A stretch of 64,000 bases of DNA from Eledone cirrhosa (GCA_964016885.1 OZ024743.1:195610001-195674000), one strand, 5' to 3'; shown: positions 11,547 to 25,319, counted from the first letter of the stretch. Notes: generated by a model from the sequence alone, not told the origin. A program made the numbers and translations.

Positions 11547-14512
11547 ATGATCCTTTCTCACTTACCCCGTTCCTCATCCAACATGGCCGTACTTAGAATA
11601 GGCAGCATAAATGTACGTGGCCTGGGGTCATCTTGGAAGCAGGGTCACCTGCACAACGACCTCAGGTCACTAAACATAGATGTGGTGGCCATAAGCGAGA
11701 CTAGAATCTCTGAAGCACGAGCCTTCGCACCGAACTTCGGCAGCTACGATGTATAGGCATCTCCCAGCCGTCCAGGATCAGGGGGAGGAGTTGCTGTGCT
11801 TTTTTGGAGAGGATTGTATCTCACCATACGGGCCATTTTCCTGGTGCTGGATGTGACCGGCAGCGAAGGAAATGCTTTCAGGCTAGTAGCCGTCTACGCC
11901 CCAACAGGGGCATGACGGCCAGATTTCTTCAGACGTCTAGAGACCTTTCTTGGAACGTCCCGCTAGTGCTAGTGGGTGACTGGAACGGTATCTTAGATGC
12001 ACGATGGGATTATGTGGGTCTAGTTGACAGGTTAGCATGGTGTAAAAGCCTCAATATCTGCTCAGGCGTGTTCAACTGTCGGGCAGGTATAGAATGGATT
12101 ATCCGAATGTGCCAATGTAGACATGGGCAAACCGCATCGGGTCATCCAGATCGTATTTAGATAGGGTATTCTGTAAGGAAACAGATAAAGCTAGTGTAGG
12201 TTGTCCACAATTTAAAGTAGTCGACTACACGGACCACAAATTTGGGATCTGTGAAGTTGACTTAGATAGACTCCATAGGCAAGGGCCCGGCGACTGGAAG
12301 CTGAACGCGCCGTTCCCGATGCGCAATGCTTACAGAGACCGGGAAATAGTTAAGCGTGTGTTGACGGGTGCGATCGTCAACAACAGGTGGTGGGTAACCC
12401 TGAAAAGGGCTATTAGAGTAGAATCGATAAGGTTTAGCAAAGGAGTAGTGATAGAGGAAAATAGAGTAGAGGGAGAGTTAGATAGAGAGTGCTGCGAAAA
12501 GCGGATAACAGCAGATGAAATACGAAGCGATGTCTGACTGCACGAGGGGTAAATCGCCAGGTTTGGATGGTCTGCCTACGAGCTTTATGCCAGACTTGTT
12601 CGGCGACCTCTTGGCAGATGTCTACTGCAACTTGCAGCCGAAAGGGAGCATTCCAAGTTTTGTGAGCCGGGGAGCGGTGGGGCTGCTGAGAAAAGACCCG
12701 AACACGGGGGACATTATAGACAACTTCAGACCCATAACTCTGATAAACGCAGAGTTTAAGATTTTGACCAAGGTGTTAGCAAAGAGATTGGCGCTCGTCG
12801 TAGATGATCTGGTGGGAGAGGCACAGACATGCGCCATTCTGGACAGATCCATCCACGACAACCTCCATCTCATGCGATACATCATAGAGAGGGTGGTTAA
12901 GGAACCTGGCACGGGTGGGGATCTTTTTGAGGGGCTGGATCGCTGCGATGCACAGCGACATCTGCTCGATTGTGATGGTGAATGGTCACCTGTCGCAGCC
13001 TTTCAGCATCATGCGCTCGGTCCACCAGGTTTGCCTCCTCTCGTCCCTCTTGTACGTACTGGCCCTCGAGCCGTTACTGCACAAATTGGAGACGATGAGG
13101 GGGGGGGGGTCCCACGCGAACTGGGATGCAGGACTTACGTGTCAGCTTACACCGACGACGTCACCGTGGTGGTGTCAAGCCCCAAACACGTCCAGATGCT
13201 TCGCACAGCTCTCAAGGATTACCAAGCGGTGACAGGAGCAAACATAAACCAGGAAACGTTGGTGGGCTTGCAACTCGGCACCTGGAGAAAAAAGTCCATG
13301 CCGTCCGACAGCGTCATGGGGCGCTGGACGGAAGGACCGGTTAATTTGCTCGGGGTCTGATTCGGTACCGACCTCTAGATGGAGAAAAACTGGAGCGAGG
13401 TGACGAGCAGGGTGGCCTCTCTCACCCAGAAATGGGCTGATAGGAGGCTGTCTCTGACAGGTCGGGCGGAGGTGGCGAATGGGTACACAGCGTCCGTCAT
13501 CTGCTACCGCCTGACCGTCGTACCTTGCCCCCGCCCAACTCTGACCAAAATGGAGCACATTCTCTTCCGTTTTTTGTGGAAGGGACGTACTCCCATGGTC
13601 AGACGATCCATTTGCTGTCAACACCCGTTGCGTGGAGGACTAGGCATGCCGTGGCTGATGATGCGCAAACATGCGCTATGGCAACGACATCCCTGGTGCT
13701 TCCTTGACGATGAACAGATGTGTCGACGTTTGCCAGACGCGCTCTTCCCCAGCTCGTCTCCTTGACGGAGCTGCAGTCCTGGATCAGAAAAAGACAGAGG
13801 GATAGCGTTTGGAAGCTGGAATGTCTCCAAGCCCACCCACCCCTCTCCACCAGCTGGGCACTAGTATCGGTGGAAAATCCCCCTCGGCGATCTATAGAGA
13901 GCTAGTGGAGGGAAAGAGCGTCGACGTTCTCGGGGACACTCTGGGCGTCGAAGATGATCAGCTGTTCGTTCTCTTCAAGAGAACTTTCAGACCAGCGCCT
14001 ATGGACAACTTCCAGAAATCCCTGGTCTGGCAGTGCTACCGAGGAGCGTTGCCGGTTCGGGATAAGCTCTACAGGCACGGAGGTGCTGTCAACCGAGCCT
14101 GTCCGAGATGCGCGCAGGGCGACGAAACCCTCGTGCACGCACTCGTTCAGTGCCCGAGGATTGCTGACTTGTGGAGTTATGTCGAACAGCGGCTGTCGCG
14201 TATAGGACGGATCCGATTATCGACTGAGTCCAGATAGCCCCGCCATCCTCCTTTAAAGAGGAGGAAGGGCAGGCAGTTTTCATCTGCCTGGTGACCATGG
14301 CGAAAGAGATTGTGTGGTGGACAAGATTGAAAGGGTTGAAGACGGACACTTTCCTCTCTGGCCAATCCCTGATTAACTTTTTCAAGTTTCACTTGAAGAG
14401 GAAATTCAGGGTGGAGAGGCAAGTGCTGTCTCCTAGTAAGTTTGTTGAAAGGTGGGTGAAAGTGGCGAGTCTGGTCCGAGTGAACGGGCCCGCTCTGAGT
14501 ATGCGCCTGTAG
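11547..14512 (+). pseudogene. LINE ORF2 (APE endonuclease, reverse transcriptase, zf-RVT) with stops, frameshifts and deletions
   Basis: IGSINVRGL, ISET, VYAP, VGDWN, YLDR, TDH; KSPGLDGLP, NFRPITLINAEFKIL, SAYTDD; LPVRDKL..CPRC..ETLVHALVQCP. Confidence 0.9.
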
Positions 14513-14709
14513 ACTGAGGAGTGGGAAAACTGAGAGAGGATGCTTGCCCTGGTGGTCAGGGTGGCCGTGGACTTTTTTGTGTGGTTTTCGCTACGAGTGA
14601 TCCTCGGAGGTTTCCCCATTTTGGGGGAATTTTTGTTGTTTGAATTTTTTTGATTTCTAGCCCGATTTTGTTTTTCTTCGTGTTAGCCTTTGTGGCCAAT
14701 AAAGAAACA

Positions 14710-14760
<51 letters not shown>

Positions 14761-14764
14761 ATCA

Positions 14765-14980
14765 TTGGATTGGCATAATCGGTAGAGGGTCGGACGCCAT
14801 GTTTTGCAGCATAGAGCTACGGCCCTTTATGATCTGTGTTCAAATCACTCCGAGGTTAACTTTGCCTTTAATTCTTACGGGGTCGATAAAATAAAATACC
14901 AGTCACGAACTGGGGTCGATTTAATCGATTTTTCCCTCCCCCAAAATTGCTGACATTGAGCCTATATAAGAAACCATTAG
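14765..14980 (+). mobile_element. tRNA-derived SINE S1 (long-tail variant)
   Basis: A box TGGCATAATCGG, B box GTTCAAATC, S1 core. Confidence 0.8.
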
Positions 14981-14981
14981 A

Positions 14982-15174
14982 AGGTGTGCTAAGATATCAG
15001 GTGGACCATAACGCACCAGAGTACTCAATACTTAGCGTAGTAGACTGGGTAATAGGAAAAGAATGAGGACCATGACGGCTGAGCTCCAGCCGTTTCGACA
15101 GCTAGATCTGTTCGGATCTAGCTGTCGAAACGGCCGGAGCTCAGCCGTCGGGGCCCAGTAGGGGACTTTTCCTA
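14982..15174 (-). mobile_element. PLE-type fold-back element family A
   Basis: GGACCATAACGCACCAGAGTACTCAATACTTAG arm plus inverted repeat centred ~15111 containing GAAACGG..AGCCGTC. Confidence 0.75.
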
Positions 15175-15189
15175 TTATTATTATATATA

Positions 15190-15384
15190 GAGGGCGGTGA
15201 ATTGGCAGTATCGGTAAAGGGTTGGACGCCATGTTTTCTAGCATAGTTACGTCCCTTTACAGTCTGAGTTCAAATCCCGCCGAGGTTAACTTTGCCTTTC
15301 ATCCTTACGGGGTCGATAAAATAAAGTACCAGTAATGTACTGGGTAATTGCTGGTCTTGTGCCTAAAGTAGAAACAATTATTAC
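15190..15384 (+). mobile_element. tRNA-derived SINE S1, full length
   Basis: GGGCGGTGAATTGGCAGTATCGG (A box), GAGTTCAAATCCC (B box), core and AGAAACAATTATT tail. Confidence 0.88.
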
Positions 15385-15414
15385 ATATATATATATATAT
15401 ATGCATATATTTAT

Positions 15415-15493
<79 letters not shown>

Positions 15494-15496
<3 letters not shown>

Positions 15497-15568
15497 GGTG
15501 TCCCAAAAATTCACACTTCAACAGCATTCTAATGAAAGTGTGTATACATTTTGGCGTGATACCCTGTA
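15494..15568. mobile_element. Tiny mariner-type MITE remnant
   Basis: AGGGTGTCCCAAAA ... TTTTGGCGTGATACCCTG-TA imperfect TIRs. Confidence 0.45.
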
Positions 15569-18009
15569 TATAAATATATGCGTATGTGTCTGTGTATAAG
15601 GTATCTACATGCTAATTTCATTATCTTCTTAAATACCACTCTTTTTGTCTAAAAAAGATTTCGCAGGATTACAATTTGGCAGTAAACATATTTGTTACCA
15701 TGTATGATCATGTAAGACAATCTACTTAAAGATGCTCCCCAACTTTGAACTACGAAACAGTTTTTAACGCAATTTCCTAAGCCAGAATAGTGCAAAATAT
15801 ATTTGACAATTGTCGAACTGACATTTCGAGAATCTTTATTTATCACATAGGTTTTAATTAGATTCGGTGTTATTGCTCTGAAAACGAGGCAAAGGCCTGA
15901 AAATTCAACTACGTAGAGGCAAATTAGCTTCGAAATTAGATTCTAAATCTATATAAATGAAATCGCATTGAGATTCAAAGAGAAAATTCAAATCTGTTAA
16001 GCTTACTCTTCATACAGTATACGGACAGTGAGTAATGTTCTTGTCCCAGGCACTGACATGATAAATTATCGATCCTTCCATTCTGTACTCACCTCATTGA
16101 TTGCTACACGTTTCAGAAATATTAATGAATGCTGGCATTCATAAAAATAGAATTAATTGCCATGTTCTAGATTTTTTGACAGCTTTTTTCTCTTTGCTTT
16201 TTCCTTGGAGCCTTTTTGTGAGATATGATCAATTTCTTTTGTTTTCATTGATCTGCAAAACAAGTTTAATTATCCTTCGATTAGATCCGTCTTTTCATCA
16301 GCCCAATGAAGAATAAAAAACAGACTAACATTTCTATATATTTTTTGTTTGCTTTCGAATTTAAATGGAGTTTTCTTTAACTAATTCTGCTATGCTGAAA
16401 ACTGTCCTTGTGATTTAAATAGATGTATTTATATATTTCTAATATTTTGTAATTATTTTATTTCATTCAAATTTGTTTACTTGAAACGTACAACAAGTGG
16501 GTTCAGTCGAGTAAATAAATGAATGAACCTTCTACTCAAATATACATTTTAATATCATTCCAACAATATATGAAAATACTGCAGATAAATCATATTTTAT
16601 TGAAGGAAGATTCTATCTTTGTAAAAGTATTAAAAATAAAAAAAGCCAAATTTTGACAAAATGTATACTTTTATAAGAATGAAAAAATAACATAACTTCA
16701 TTGGGAATAAGCTTTTGCTTGCTTCTGAAATTCCAATATGGCATCCTGTATTTAGGTTTTAGGTGTAGGGAAATAACATTAATACACAATGGAAGCATGA
16801 TACAATGAATGTGCAAAAATACAAAGAGCTGTTAAGATCTTGCAGCAAACAATAGAATATGTATTTTATTCTTTATCTGGGATCTTTTATAGAAACTTAT
16901 CGTATGGATTAGATGACGAATAAGTTTATTCAAAATATGCAGGAAAATAATTGCCATAGGGGAATATTTGCTTCGATTCAGGCAACGGTAAATAAAAGAA
17001 TAGGTTATGGGTCTCTTGGGTTATAGAATAGATAATTAAAAACAGAGCTTCATTAGAATATATGCAACTCATTAGAAACTGTCAAAACTATGGAGAAATG
17101 TATGCAAAATTCTGAGATATTTTTCATAATCGACATTATTTTATTGCAAGCAAATAATACAGAAATATGTTGAAATTTAGGAAATTTATTCTGATGAAAT
17201 CGAAAAGAATATTGAGTTATTGATTTACAACGAACTATAACATATAAGGAACTATCGATAATTATTCTACATAAAGAAATATCAATACATTGATCAAACT
17301 TACAACTATTTCATTGGAAACAAGATTCCCCTAGAGGCCTTTCACGCTTTCTAACATATTAAATTTCCTTTCGGTGTAATAGACAAATATTCTTTAGAAA
17401 AAAAATCTTACAAATAACATTTCCTTCTAAGTATAAGCGACCATTCTAGAAGTGAAATTTATCAGCCTGATTATTTGTTCTCCCCTCACCACAGTTTATT
17501 TTAACAGAATACACTTGCGATGTGCTACACATATTTAAAAATTATATTAATAATTTATCAGTTTTACTGCAGCCATTCGTTTTTGTAATTCAATCAACAT
17601 ACAGTTAGGGTGTTGAATATCTAGGGAGTTTTGATTGAACATAATTTTAGCAGCAATTCTCAATCCATCTGCTGAGAATATAAACTAAAGTTTGTAAAAA
17701 AAGTTTTACATAAAAAAAACTTTTTTCTTGCTTAGATCGGTGCAATTATTGCATATCTATCCTTTCACTGAAAGGTGACAGTTTATTTGTTTATTCATTT
17801 ATTTATTTGTGTGTAAAGTCCTAACGTCTTATTTTGAAGCTGGAGAAAAATAGATTAATTTCCGGAGCCAGTCAGTACAAAAAGCCGAAAACTGAAAAAG
17901 TTACTTTCTGTTATGAAGCTAAATATTATATGCAATTCTGTTGTCAAAATAAGTTTGAGTAAAATAGGGACTAGAAAATTAGTGTTTTTGTTTGAATTAT
18001 TTGCCGAAT

Positions 18010-18341
18010 TACTCTCGGGTCTTGAATAGCCCCCCCCCCCCCCTCACACACACACACACACACTTATTAAATTTTCAGATTTGTTTCCTCCACCTTCCAT
18101 TCTTATTCCAAAGCACATTATACTTGGCAAAAAAGTACATTACTAGAAATACCATACGTTGTGAAATGAATAGGATGGGTTGGGGTCTGAATATGTAACG
18201 TAGACGACTAACTCTATTCAACGGAGAAAACCTAGAAACATTATTGATTTTCTAAGCTCCAATCGCTTATTCTAACACCTACCACTTATGCCACCCCTCC
18301 CATGCTTATTCCACTCCCTGTTTTTGGAACCCGAGAGTTTA
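18010..18341. mobile_element. MITE (Tc1/mariner-like TIRs)
   Basis: TACTCTCGGGTCTTGAA ... TTTGGAACCCGAGAGT inverted termini. Confidence 0.55.
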
Positions 18342-18827
18342 CGTAATGTTCATCTAAGTTGTTAACGTGTCGCATAACCTTCCATTATAAGAAAGACTCG
18401 GTTCTCTGCCCTCAAAGTTCGAATTCCACCGAGGTCAACTTTACCTCGTCTTTTGGAGATGATTAATGAAGTATTAGCTCAAGACTGGAGTCGATTCTTT
18501 TTCTCTCTTCCTTTAGGTCCTCTCTCCTTCTTTCTTGGAAGAAATTGGCTAGACACTACCAGGTTTAAAATGTCCAACACAGGAAAACGCCCCACAACCG
18601 CTCTATGAGTTGTGGGCTCAACGAAAGGAAGGATTCCATTTGTTATGAGAAGGAAAGATTCTGAAAAGGATTGGCAATGAACATGACATGCTTTCTTTTG
18701 AAATAAGCTTTATTTCAATATGTTTTTAAGGTAGGTAATTTAGAGGTAGTGACTGTTAAGCCTTCCCCTGAGTGCTACCAAACAGAGATTAAGAAATCTT
18801 TCACTCATAAATCTACACATTATTTTA

Positions 18828-18945
18828 TTGTTCAAATCCCACCGAGATTAACTTTGCCTTTTATCCTTACGGGGTCGATAAAATAAAGTACCAGCAATGC
18901 ACTGGGTATTTGCTGGGCTTGTGCCAAATGTAGAAACAATTATTT
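18828..18945 (+). mobile_element. SINE S1 3' part
   Basis: B box, core and tail. Confidence 0.8.
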
Positions 18946-20910
18946 TATATATAGAATGGTGTCACTATAGGCAAAGAATTATTGCCGCCTAAAGCTGGAA
19001 TTGGTACATATGTCCTGACACCACCTTAAATATAAATTAGATACAATCGTAAAAATGACATTTCTAATTATTTGAAAAAATTCGCTTTCGATACCCATGC
19101 AATATATATCTTCTCTTATAATGCCAACCCTCTCTCAATTACACAAAACTGTTTTTTCATCAATAATTATTATTGATGCTGTCAATAACTATATCCAATT
19201 TAACAACTGCAACCATCTGTGGCGATGTTCACAATTACCGAATATGAATTTATAACGACTCTTAAAGTACAATTGCAAGAAATTAAAAATTAATGTCACA
19301 AAATCAATTTACATGCTGGGTGAGGTAAGGGGCCAGTTATGTAAATATTCTGTTGTATTGAACCTCATTGGAATATCTGTATATATCCAAATCTGCTTTA
19401 ATCTGTCAACCTATTTTTACACACAGAAAAAGGAATGAGCTAAGAAAAAGAGCTCGAATGAGCTAGATTTCCCATTAGTATATCAATAATTCTTCTGAGC
19501 TTAATTTTTGATTTCTCGGAATAATCTCCCCATTTCGTTGGGGTTCGTTAAAATAGAGCTAGCATTTTATTACCTTGGGAATTACGTCTCACAGTATACC
19601 AGCACTTAGCTTAATAAAGCAAAGTTTTACTTGTTTCATGATGCATAATTATGCAAACACGTCCCGTAATCTCTCTCATCTCTCATAGTCTGAGAGTGCA
19701 GCGGGTGTAAAATCTGTAAACTATTCTTTGTTAATACCTTTGTAGTGTACGAGGACATTTTATTAGAAATCCTTTAAAGTCATTCGAAACTACTCATATG
19801 GTTTCAGCTACGACAGAAGATTAACATTTTCTATTTTAAAATTACTACAAGCAGCTGTTGCCCCTAAAACCGTTCTCTGTTCTGCCAGAGCGACACATTT
19901 GATACTCCCATTATTTCAAAGTATATAATCTAGAGATATCTAGCTTTGATTGAATCTTGTGCTTAATTTGTCAATGTTTCTCTCGCACTATTTAATGTTT
20001 TAGTCATTAAAAACTAGTTGAAATAGAGCCAGACCTTTGACAATTCTATGTAGATGATATCTACCAAACGTGTTTTTTGTAGTCGGATTTAATGAAGCAG
20101 TCCAAAACAAAGGGAACGTCTATCTTCAAACTTAAATATGCCCTTTTCCTGCTCATTGAAAGAGTTTCTGGTTATACAAACGGCTCTGCTAGAATTTATT
20201 TCTCATTGACGTTAAACAGTAAAAGGGGAGTCTTGATTGAAATAAAACAAATAATTAAAACTTCACGATTGTTAAATACTACAGAATCACTGATAGAAGT
20301 GCCTTGTCTTTACTTAGAAACACAAGAAAATACCAAGATACGTCGATATCAGACTTGCCAGCCTCTAAAAACTCAAAACGGTGAAAGAAAGTGCCCCAAA
20401 ATGGGGAGATTTTACATAATGAAAGCTATACCCGCTATACCCATTTTCACAAGGGAAGACATCTCTCACCCACCGCAAAGTGGGAGGGAGTTCTTCCCGT
20501 CGGACGGGGAGAGTTGACAGGTCAGCGATACCAAATGGATAGTAATCTAAGTACACTAAGCAAAGCCATTATACAATAATACCAGCCGAGTTATTTAGTA
20601 TTTGTAGATTTAACAGATAGCTTAGATGTATTGCTGTAAAAGGGATCGGACCGCATTTTTCACACAATTAAAACGTAAGTAGTGAAGCATGAATTATACA
20701 AATAACTGTGACAGATAACAGCTTGAACAAAGGATAGAAGACCACCCCCAGATTGTAAAAACAAACCCTCGGAAATGACACATTCTTCTGCTGTGAAGGA
20801 AAAAAAGAATTAGAATAATGATGTTCATCCGCTATCCATTTTTATTGCTGTCACTGTCACTCTCTCCTCTCCTACTATTTGTGTGTAGGCCCTATTTCTC
20901 TTCCATTGCT

Positions 20911-21031
<121 letters not shown>

Positions 21032-21099
21032 GTATACATCACATCACTAAAAGGACTACATCACATCACTAAAGGACTTAAACATCAACTTCTCCACGC

Positions 21100-21770
21100 A
21101 CTGGGAGATTGTCAGTAGGGCTGCACCGTACAACTTCAAGAGGAAATGCGATCTTTGCCTCATGGAGCTCTACCACATCATAACTGCACCCCACGAGCTC
21201 ATCAACAGCAGAGCTGAAACAGCGATAAGTTGTACACATCGCTTAAAAATATCCTTCTTCAGATGGGTTAAGGATGAGGAGTGAAACCGTACACCGGATC
21301 TCCCTGCAACAAGTCTTAACACCCCGGCGGGCAGGCGCTGCAAAATAACACCCAGGAAACAATCCTTGCATACCAGACCCAGCCTCAGACAAACAGATGC
21401 GGCAAAAAAAAAAAATTGTCCGGGAAAGACTGCCCTAACACCGGCCGGAATTACCTCCCTTGACCTGCTGCAAAATCAACACAAGCTATTTTTGCGAGCA
21501 ATGAACCTTGATGTGGATTTAACCCCAAAAACTCTTTCCGAGCAATATAAGGAACACTTTTCATTATTTATGCCCTTGAGAAGCCCAACTGGGCGAAACG
21601 TACGTAAGTGCTGTTTTAAATAAACATGTTTTAACGGTCTATCCTCCGATTTTTTACTTACCCACGTGCTTACGCTCTGCTAACTCTCTAGCCCACTAAA
21701 TATTAACACTTCCAATATTTAATACTGCCGGCACTAGTATCGAGTACCTTTGGCATACGCTACTTGGCAA
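21100..21770 (+). mobile_element. Probable PLE 3' region with U3:A8 hammerhead-like motif
   Basis: TTGAGAA-GCCC aact GGGC-GAAAC GTAC GTA at 21576-21606, then AATAAA and GTATCGAGTAC motif. Stem I pairs poorly. Confidence 0.5.
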
Positions 21771-21834
21771 ATAACTATATGTATCACCTATCCTCCCCTT
21801 TTTTCTCTTTCTCGATACGTAAATACAGTATTAC

Positions 21835-21910
<76 letters not shown>

Positions 21911-21989
21911 CAGCACACTCACAATCACACAGGCGCAAAAATTACCTCATGTGGGTATACACACAAAATGTTATATATATATATATATT

Positions 21990-22210
21990 TAACGAAGGAA
22001 ATGTGGTATGGAACCAGGTGGACCATAACGCACCAAAGTACTCAATACTTAGGGTAGTAGAGTGGGTAATAGGAACGAGTAGGACCCCGACGGCTGAGCT
22101 CAAGCCGTTTCGGCGGCTAATTCTGGACTAAAATAGTTTTAGTCCATTTTAGTCCAGAATTAGCCGTCGAAACGGCTTGAGCTCAGCCGTCGAGGTCCTA
22201 CTCCTCCCTA
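21990..22210 (-). mobile_element. PLE-type fold-back element family A
   Basis: (TA)n-AACGAAGGAAATGTGG... long arm, inverted arm 22146-22210, (TA)n. Confidence 0.8.
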
Positions 22211-22679
22211 TATATATATATATATATATATACAAAGGAAAACGACGAAGGTGTGTTCGTTTCCATGTAGCTAGTTTTGTTTAACATGTATAGACATGTT
22301 ACGTGCATTTTTCAGAGGATTGGATCAAGGTCACCCATCGACACGTCTCCATTATACATATTTTCATGTGTACATCTGTATGTGTGTCTGTCTGTGCGTG
22401 TGTGTGTGTGTGTGTCTTTCCGTATGTGTCTGTGTGCGTATCTGTCTGTCTTTGTTTTTAATTGCGGTGTTTATACATGTTCTCGCGTGCGTGTGTAGGT
22501 ATGGGTGTGTGAGGACTGGTGTGATAAGCTGGACATAAACAGGATGTGAAACAATGACCACTCAGCGGTGAGCTGTGGAGTTAAGTACTGTTCGGGAATT
22601 GAGTTAAGCTAAAGCAACATCTGTTATGATAGTCAAGCATAGAACAAAGTTACGGTAGCCATACCGTCTAGGACCTAGA

Positions 22680-22843
22680 CGGTGGTTCTTAACCGCGGTC
22701 CACGTGGACCCTGGGGGTCCATGTTATGTTCCTGGGGGCCTACAGGCAAAAAATATTCTTTTGTCGAATAGCTATGAGGGGGTCCACCCCCCAAAAAATA
22801 AGCGAAAAGCGGTCCATGAGTAAAAAAAGGTTGAGAACCACTG
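22680..22843. mobile_element. hAT/Charlie-type MITE
   Basis: TIRs CGGTGGTTCTTAACC / GGTTGAGAACCACTG and internal GGGGTCC repeats typical of Charlie/MER5-like elements. Confidence 0.75.
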
Positions 22844-22914
22844 AACATTTATTATTTACTTATTCGGTGACCTAGACTCTAGGTCACCGAATAAGTAAAT
22901 AAAAAAAATGATAA

Positions 22915-23268
22915 TGATTTCTACCATAGGCACAAGACTAGTAATTTTGGAGGGAGAGGAAAGTCAATAAAATCGACCCTAGTGCATTACTGGTGCTTTA
23001 TCGACATCATAAGGATGAAAAGCAAAGCTAACCAATGAATTTTCTTCTATTACAAGAAATAATAATAATGTTATTAATAATTGTTTCTAGTTTTGGCACA
23101 AGGCCAGCAATTGTTCCAGTGTATTACTGGTACTTTATTTTATCGACGCCGTAGGGATGAAAGGCAAAGTTAACCTCGGCGGGATTTGACCTCAGATCAT
23201 AAAGGGCTGTAACTCTATGCTGCAAAAGCATGGCATCTGACCCTCTACCGATATACTGCCAATCCGAA
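22915..23268 (-). mobile_element. Two SINE S1 copies (22915-23035 partial, 23075-23268 full)
   Basis: Reverse-complement core GGTACTTTATTTTATCGAC..GGATGAAAGGCAAAGTTAACCTCGG. Confidence 0.82.
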
Positions 23269-23601
23269 GTAACGCCTTTTTCCTCAATGTAAAAACACAT
23301 CCTTTTACAATCGTGCACGTTAAAACCATTACATGTACGGTCTTTCTTAAATCCATGCCAGCGTTCAACACTTGATATTGTATGTATTCTCATAATTTGA
23401 ATTTACACTTTATCCCTTTTTGTTATTCCTAGTGCTATGCAGATGTTACATGTATGATGTTTTGTGTAAATAATTGCTAATTAACTGTTTCCGATTGACA
23501 TAATGTTTACATATGCATGTATATCATTATCACCTGTATAGAAATGTAGGAAGAAATTAAAGAATGGATTTAAGTTGGTAACCATTGTTTTTCTTCATTT
23601 T

Positions 23602-23664
<63 letters not shown>

Positions 23665-23667
<3 letters not shown>

Positions 23668-24970
23668 TAGCAGTGGTACTCGGCGTTGCACGGAATAAGG
23701 TATTGTGAAATATATAACCGCCGTAAGCTTAGTATTGCCACAACCACGGCTGGCAAAAAAGTAAGGGTCTGGCGGTACGTAAGTAAGCAACACTGTGGCT
23801 TAAAACGTGAGGAAGAAGTTGTGTGCACTTACTGTTTGGGGAATGAGTGTGAGATTTGTCTTGAGCAAGGGTGGCTGAATAACCGGAGGCAGCGGACAGC
23901 CAGACATACAGACAGATATTATAAGGGCGCCTTCTGGACGCAGAGTGAATTGTAGGAAGTGACGTATGCAGACAACCAGACATACAGACAGATATTATAA
24001 GGGCGCGACGTTATATGTATGTATCTATCTAAAAAGAGGAAGACTAAGAATTATGGAGAGAGATCGCTAAATCGCCTAATGCGGTCCCTAGGGCATTGAC
24101 AATTTTAATTTGTTTTTGCTCAAAACACTCCCTGAAACATTAGTATTACATGTGTAAACTTTGAAAACAGTCGATTGGTTGCTTCTCTAGTTTTAGGGAT
24201 TCAAACTCACACACAGACAGACAGACATCCTCAGTTTTATATATATTTACTAGCAGAAAACCACCCGGTGGGCGGTTTTCTGCTAGCAAATCTAGTGTAT
24301 ATACTGATATTGTTGAGATTTGGATGAGAAATGTTTTCGGCACCACATGTTCACCGTCTCTCGGTGTGTCTTTTATGCATGTATAAATATATATGCTATC
24401 TATACGGTGAAATCTTTGAAATAAATATATGTTAAAACGAAAAAGGAGAAAAAGAGATTAGTGATGGAAATATAAACGTTATGATACATAAACGTTATGA
24501 TATAACGATGGAAATATATACACGTTTACGATAAAACGATGGAAATAGAAACGGTTTATATATAATGATAAGCCGAAACACTCGTAAGTCGAAACACTCG
24601 TAAAGCGAAACGTATAAATAAAGATTAATGTAATGAATTTGAAAAGCATAGAGATTTGAAACCGCGTCTATTTGTTTCCTTGGCATTTTTTACAGACGGA
24701 CAGACACACATACAAACAGAGAAATGCCCATTATATATTATAAGTAGACTTGGCATGGTGTCAAGTCAGAACCGCCTCGAACTGGTTACTTCTGGATTGT
24801 GCAAGGTGTTTCTATGGCAACCAGCGGTTCCCGCGGCCTCAGTGACCAAAGTCAGTGGAGAGGGGAAGGTAATGTTTCTATAGCGACAGTGTTTCTCTTG
24901 GTAGTACCAAAGTGGAGAAAGGAAGGGGAAGGTAATATTTCTGTAGCACCTACATTTGAGTTTTAGGAAG

Positions 24971-25004
<34 letters not shown>

Positions 25005-25020
25005 GAAATGCCCATATATT
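23665..25020 (+). mobile_element. Cluster of Helentron/DINE-1 (HINE)-like non-autonomous fragments
   Basis: 5' TACTAGCAG..CTCGGCGTTGCACGG, hairpin CTAGCAGAAAACC..GGTTTTCTGCTAG at 24249-24287, and (CAGA)n followed by TTATATA 3' ends at ~24215-24245, 24692-24745 and 24970-25015. Confidence 0.55.
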
Positions 25021-25128
25021 TCTGTGTGTGTATATATATATATATATTACACACACAGAAATGTATATATATTTCTGTGTGTGTATATATATATATATAT
25101 TACACACACAGAAATGTATATATATTTA

Positions 25129-25163
<35 letters not shown>

Positions 25164-25265
25164 TACACACACAGAAATGTATATATATTTCTGTGTGTAT
25201 ATATATATATATATATTACACACACAGAAATGTATATATATTTCTGTGTGTATATATATATACAC
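25000..25265. repeat. Palindromic ~40-bp minisatellite ACACACAGAAATGTATATATATTTCTGTGTGT separated by (TA)n
   Basis: Five to six units here and three more at 26772-26912. Confidence 0.85.
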
Positions 25266-25319
25266 ACTGACATTCGTAAACACACATGCTCTATGGTGCA
25301 ACACAAAAAAATACATGTG

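Larger units (their letters stand above)
9612..14760 (+). mobile_element. Near-full-length decayed Tx1/L1-clade non-LTR retrotransposon
   Basis: Gag-like ORF1 with CCHC knuckle, ORF2 with APE, RT and zf-RVT motifs, T-rich 3' UTR, AATAAA and (ATT)n tail. Confidence 0.9.

Noticed and set aside
20092-20517. 141-aa ORF
   Set aside because: No recognisable motif; probably chance or a decayed repeat.
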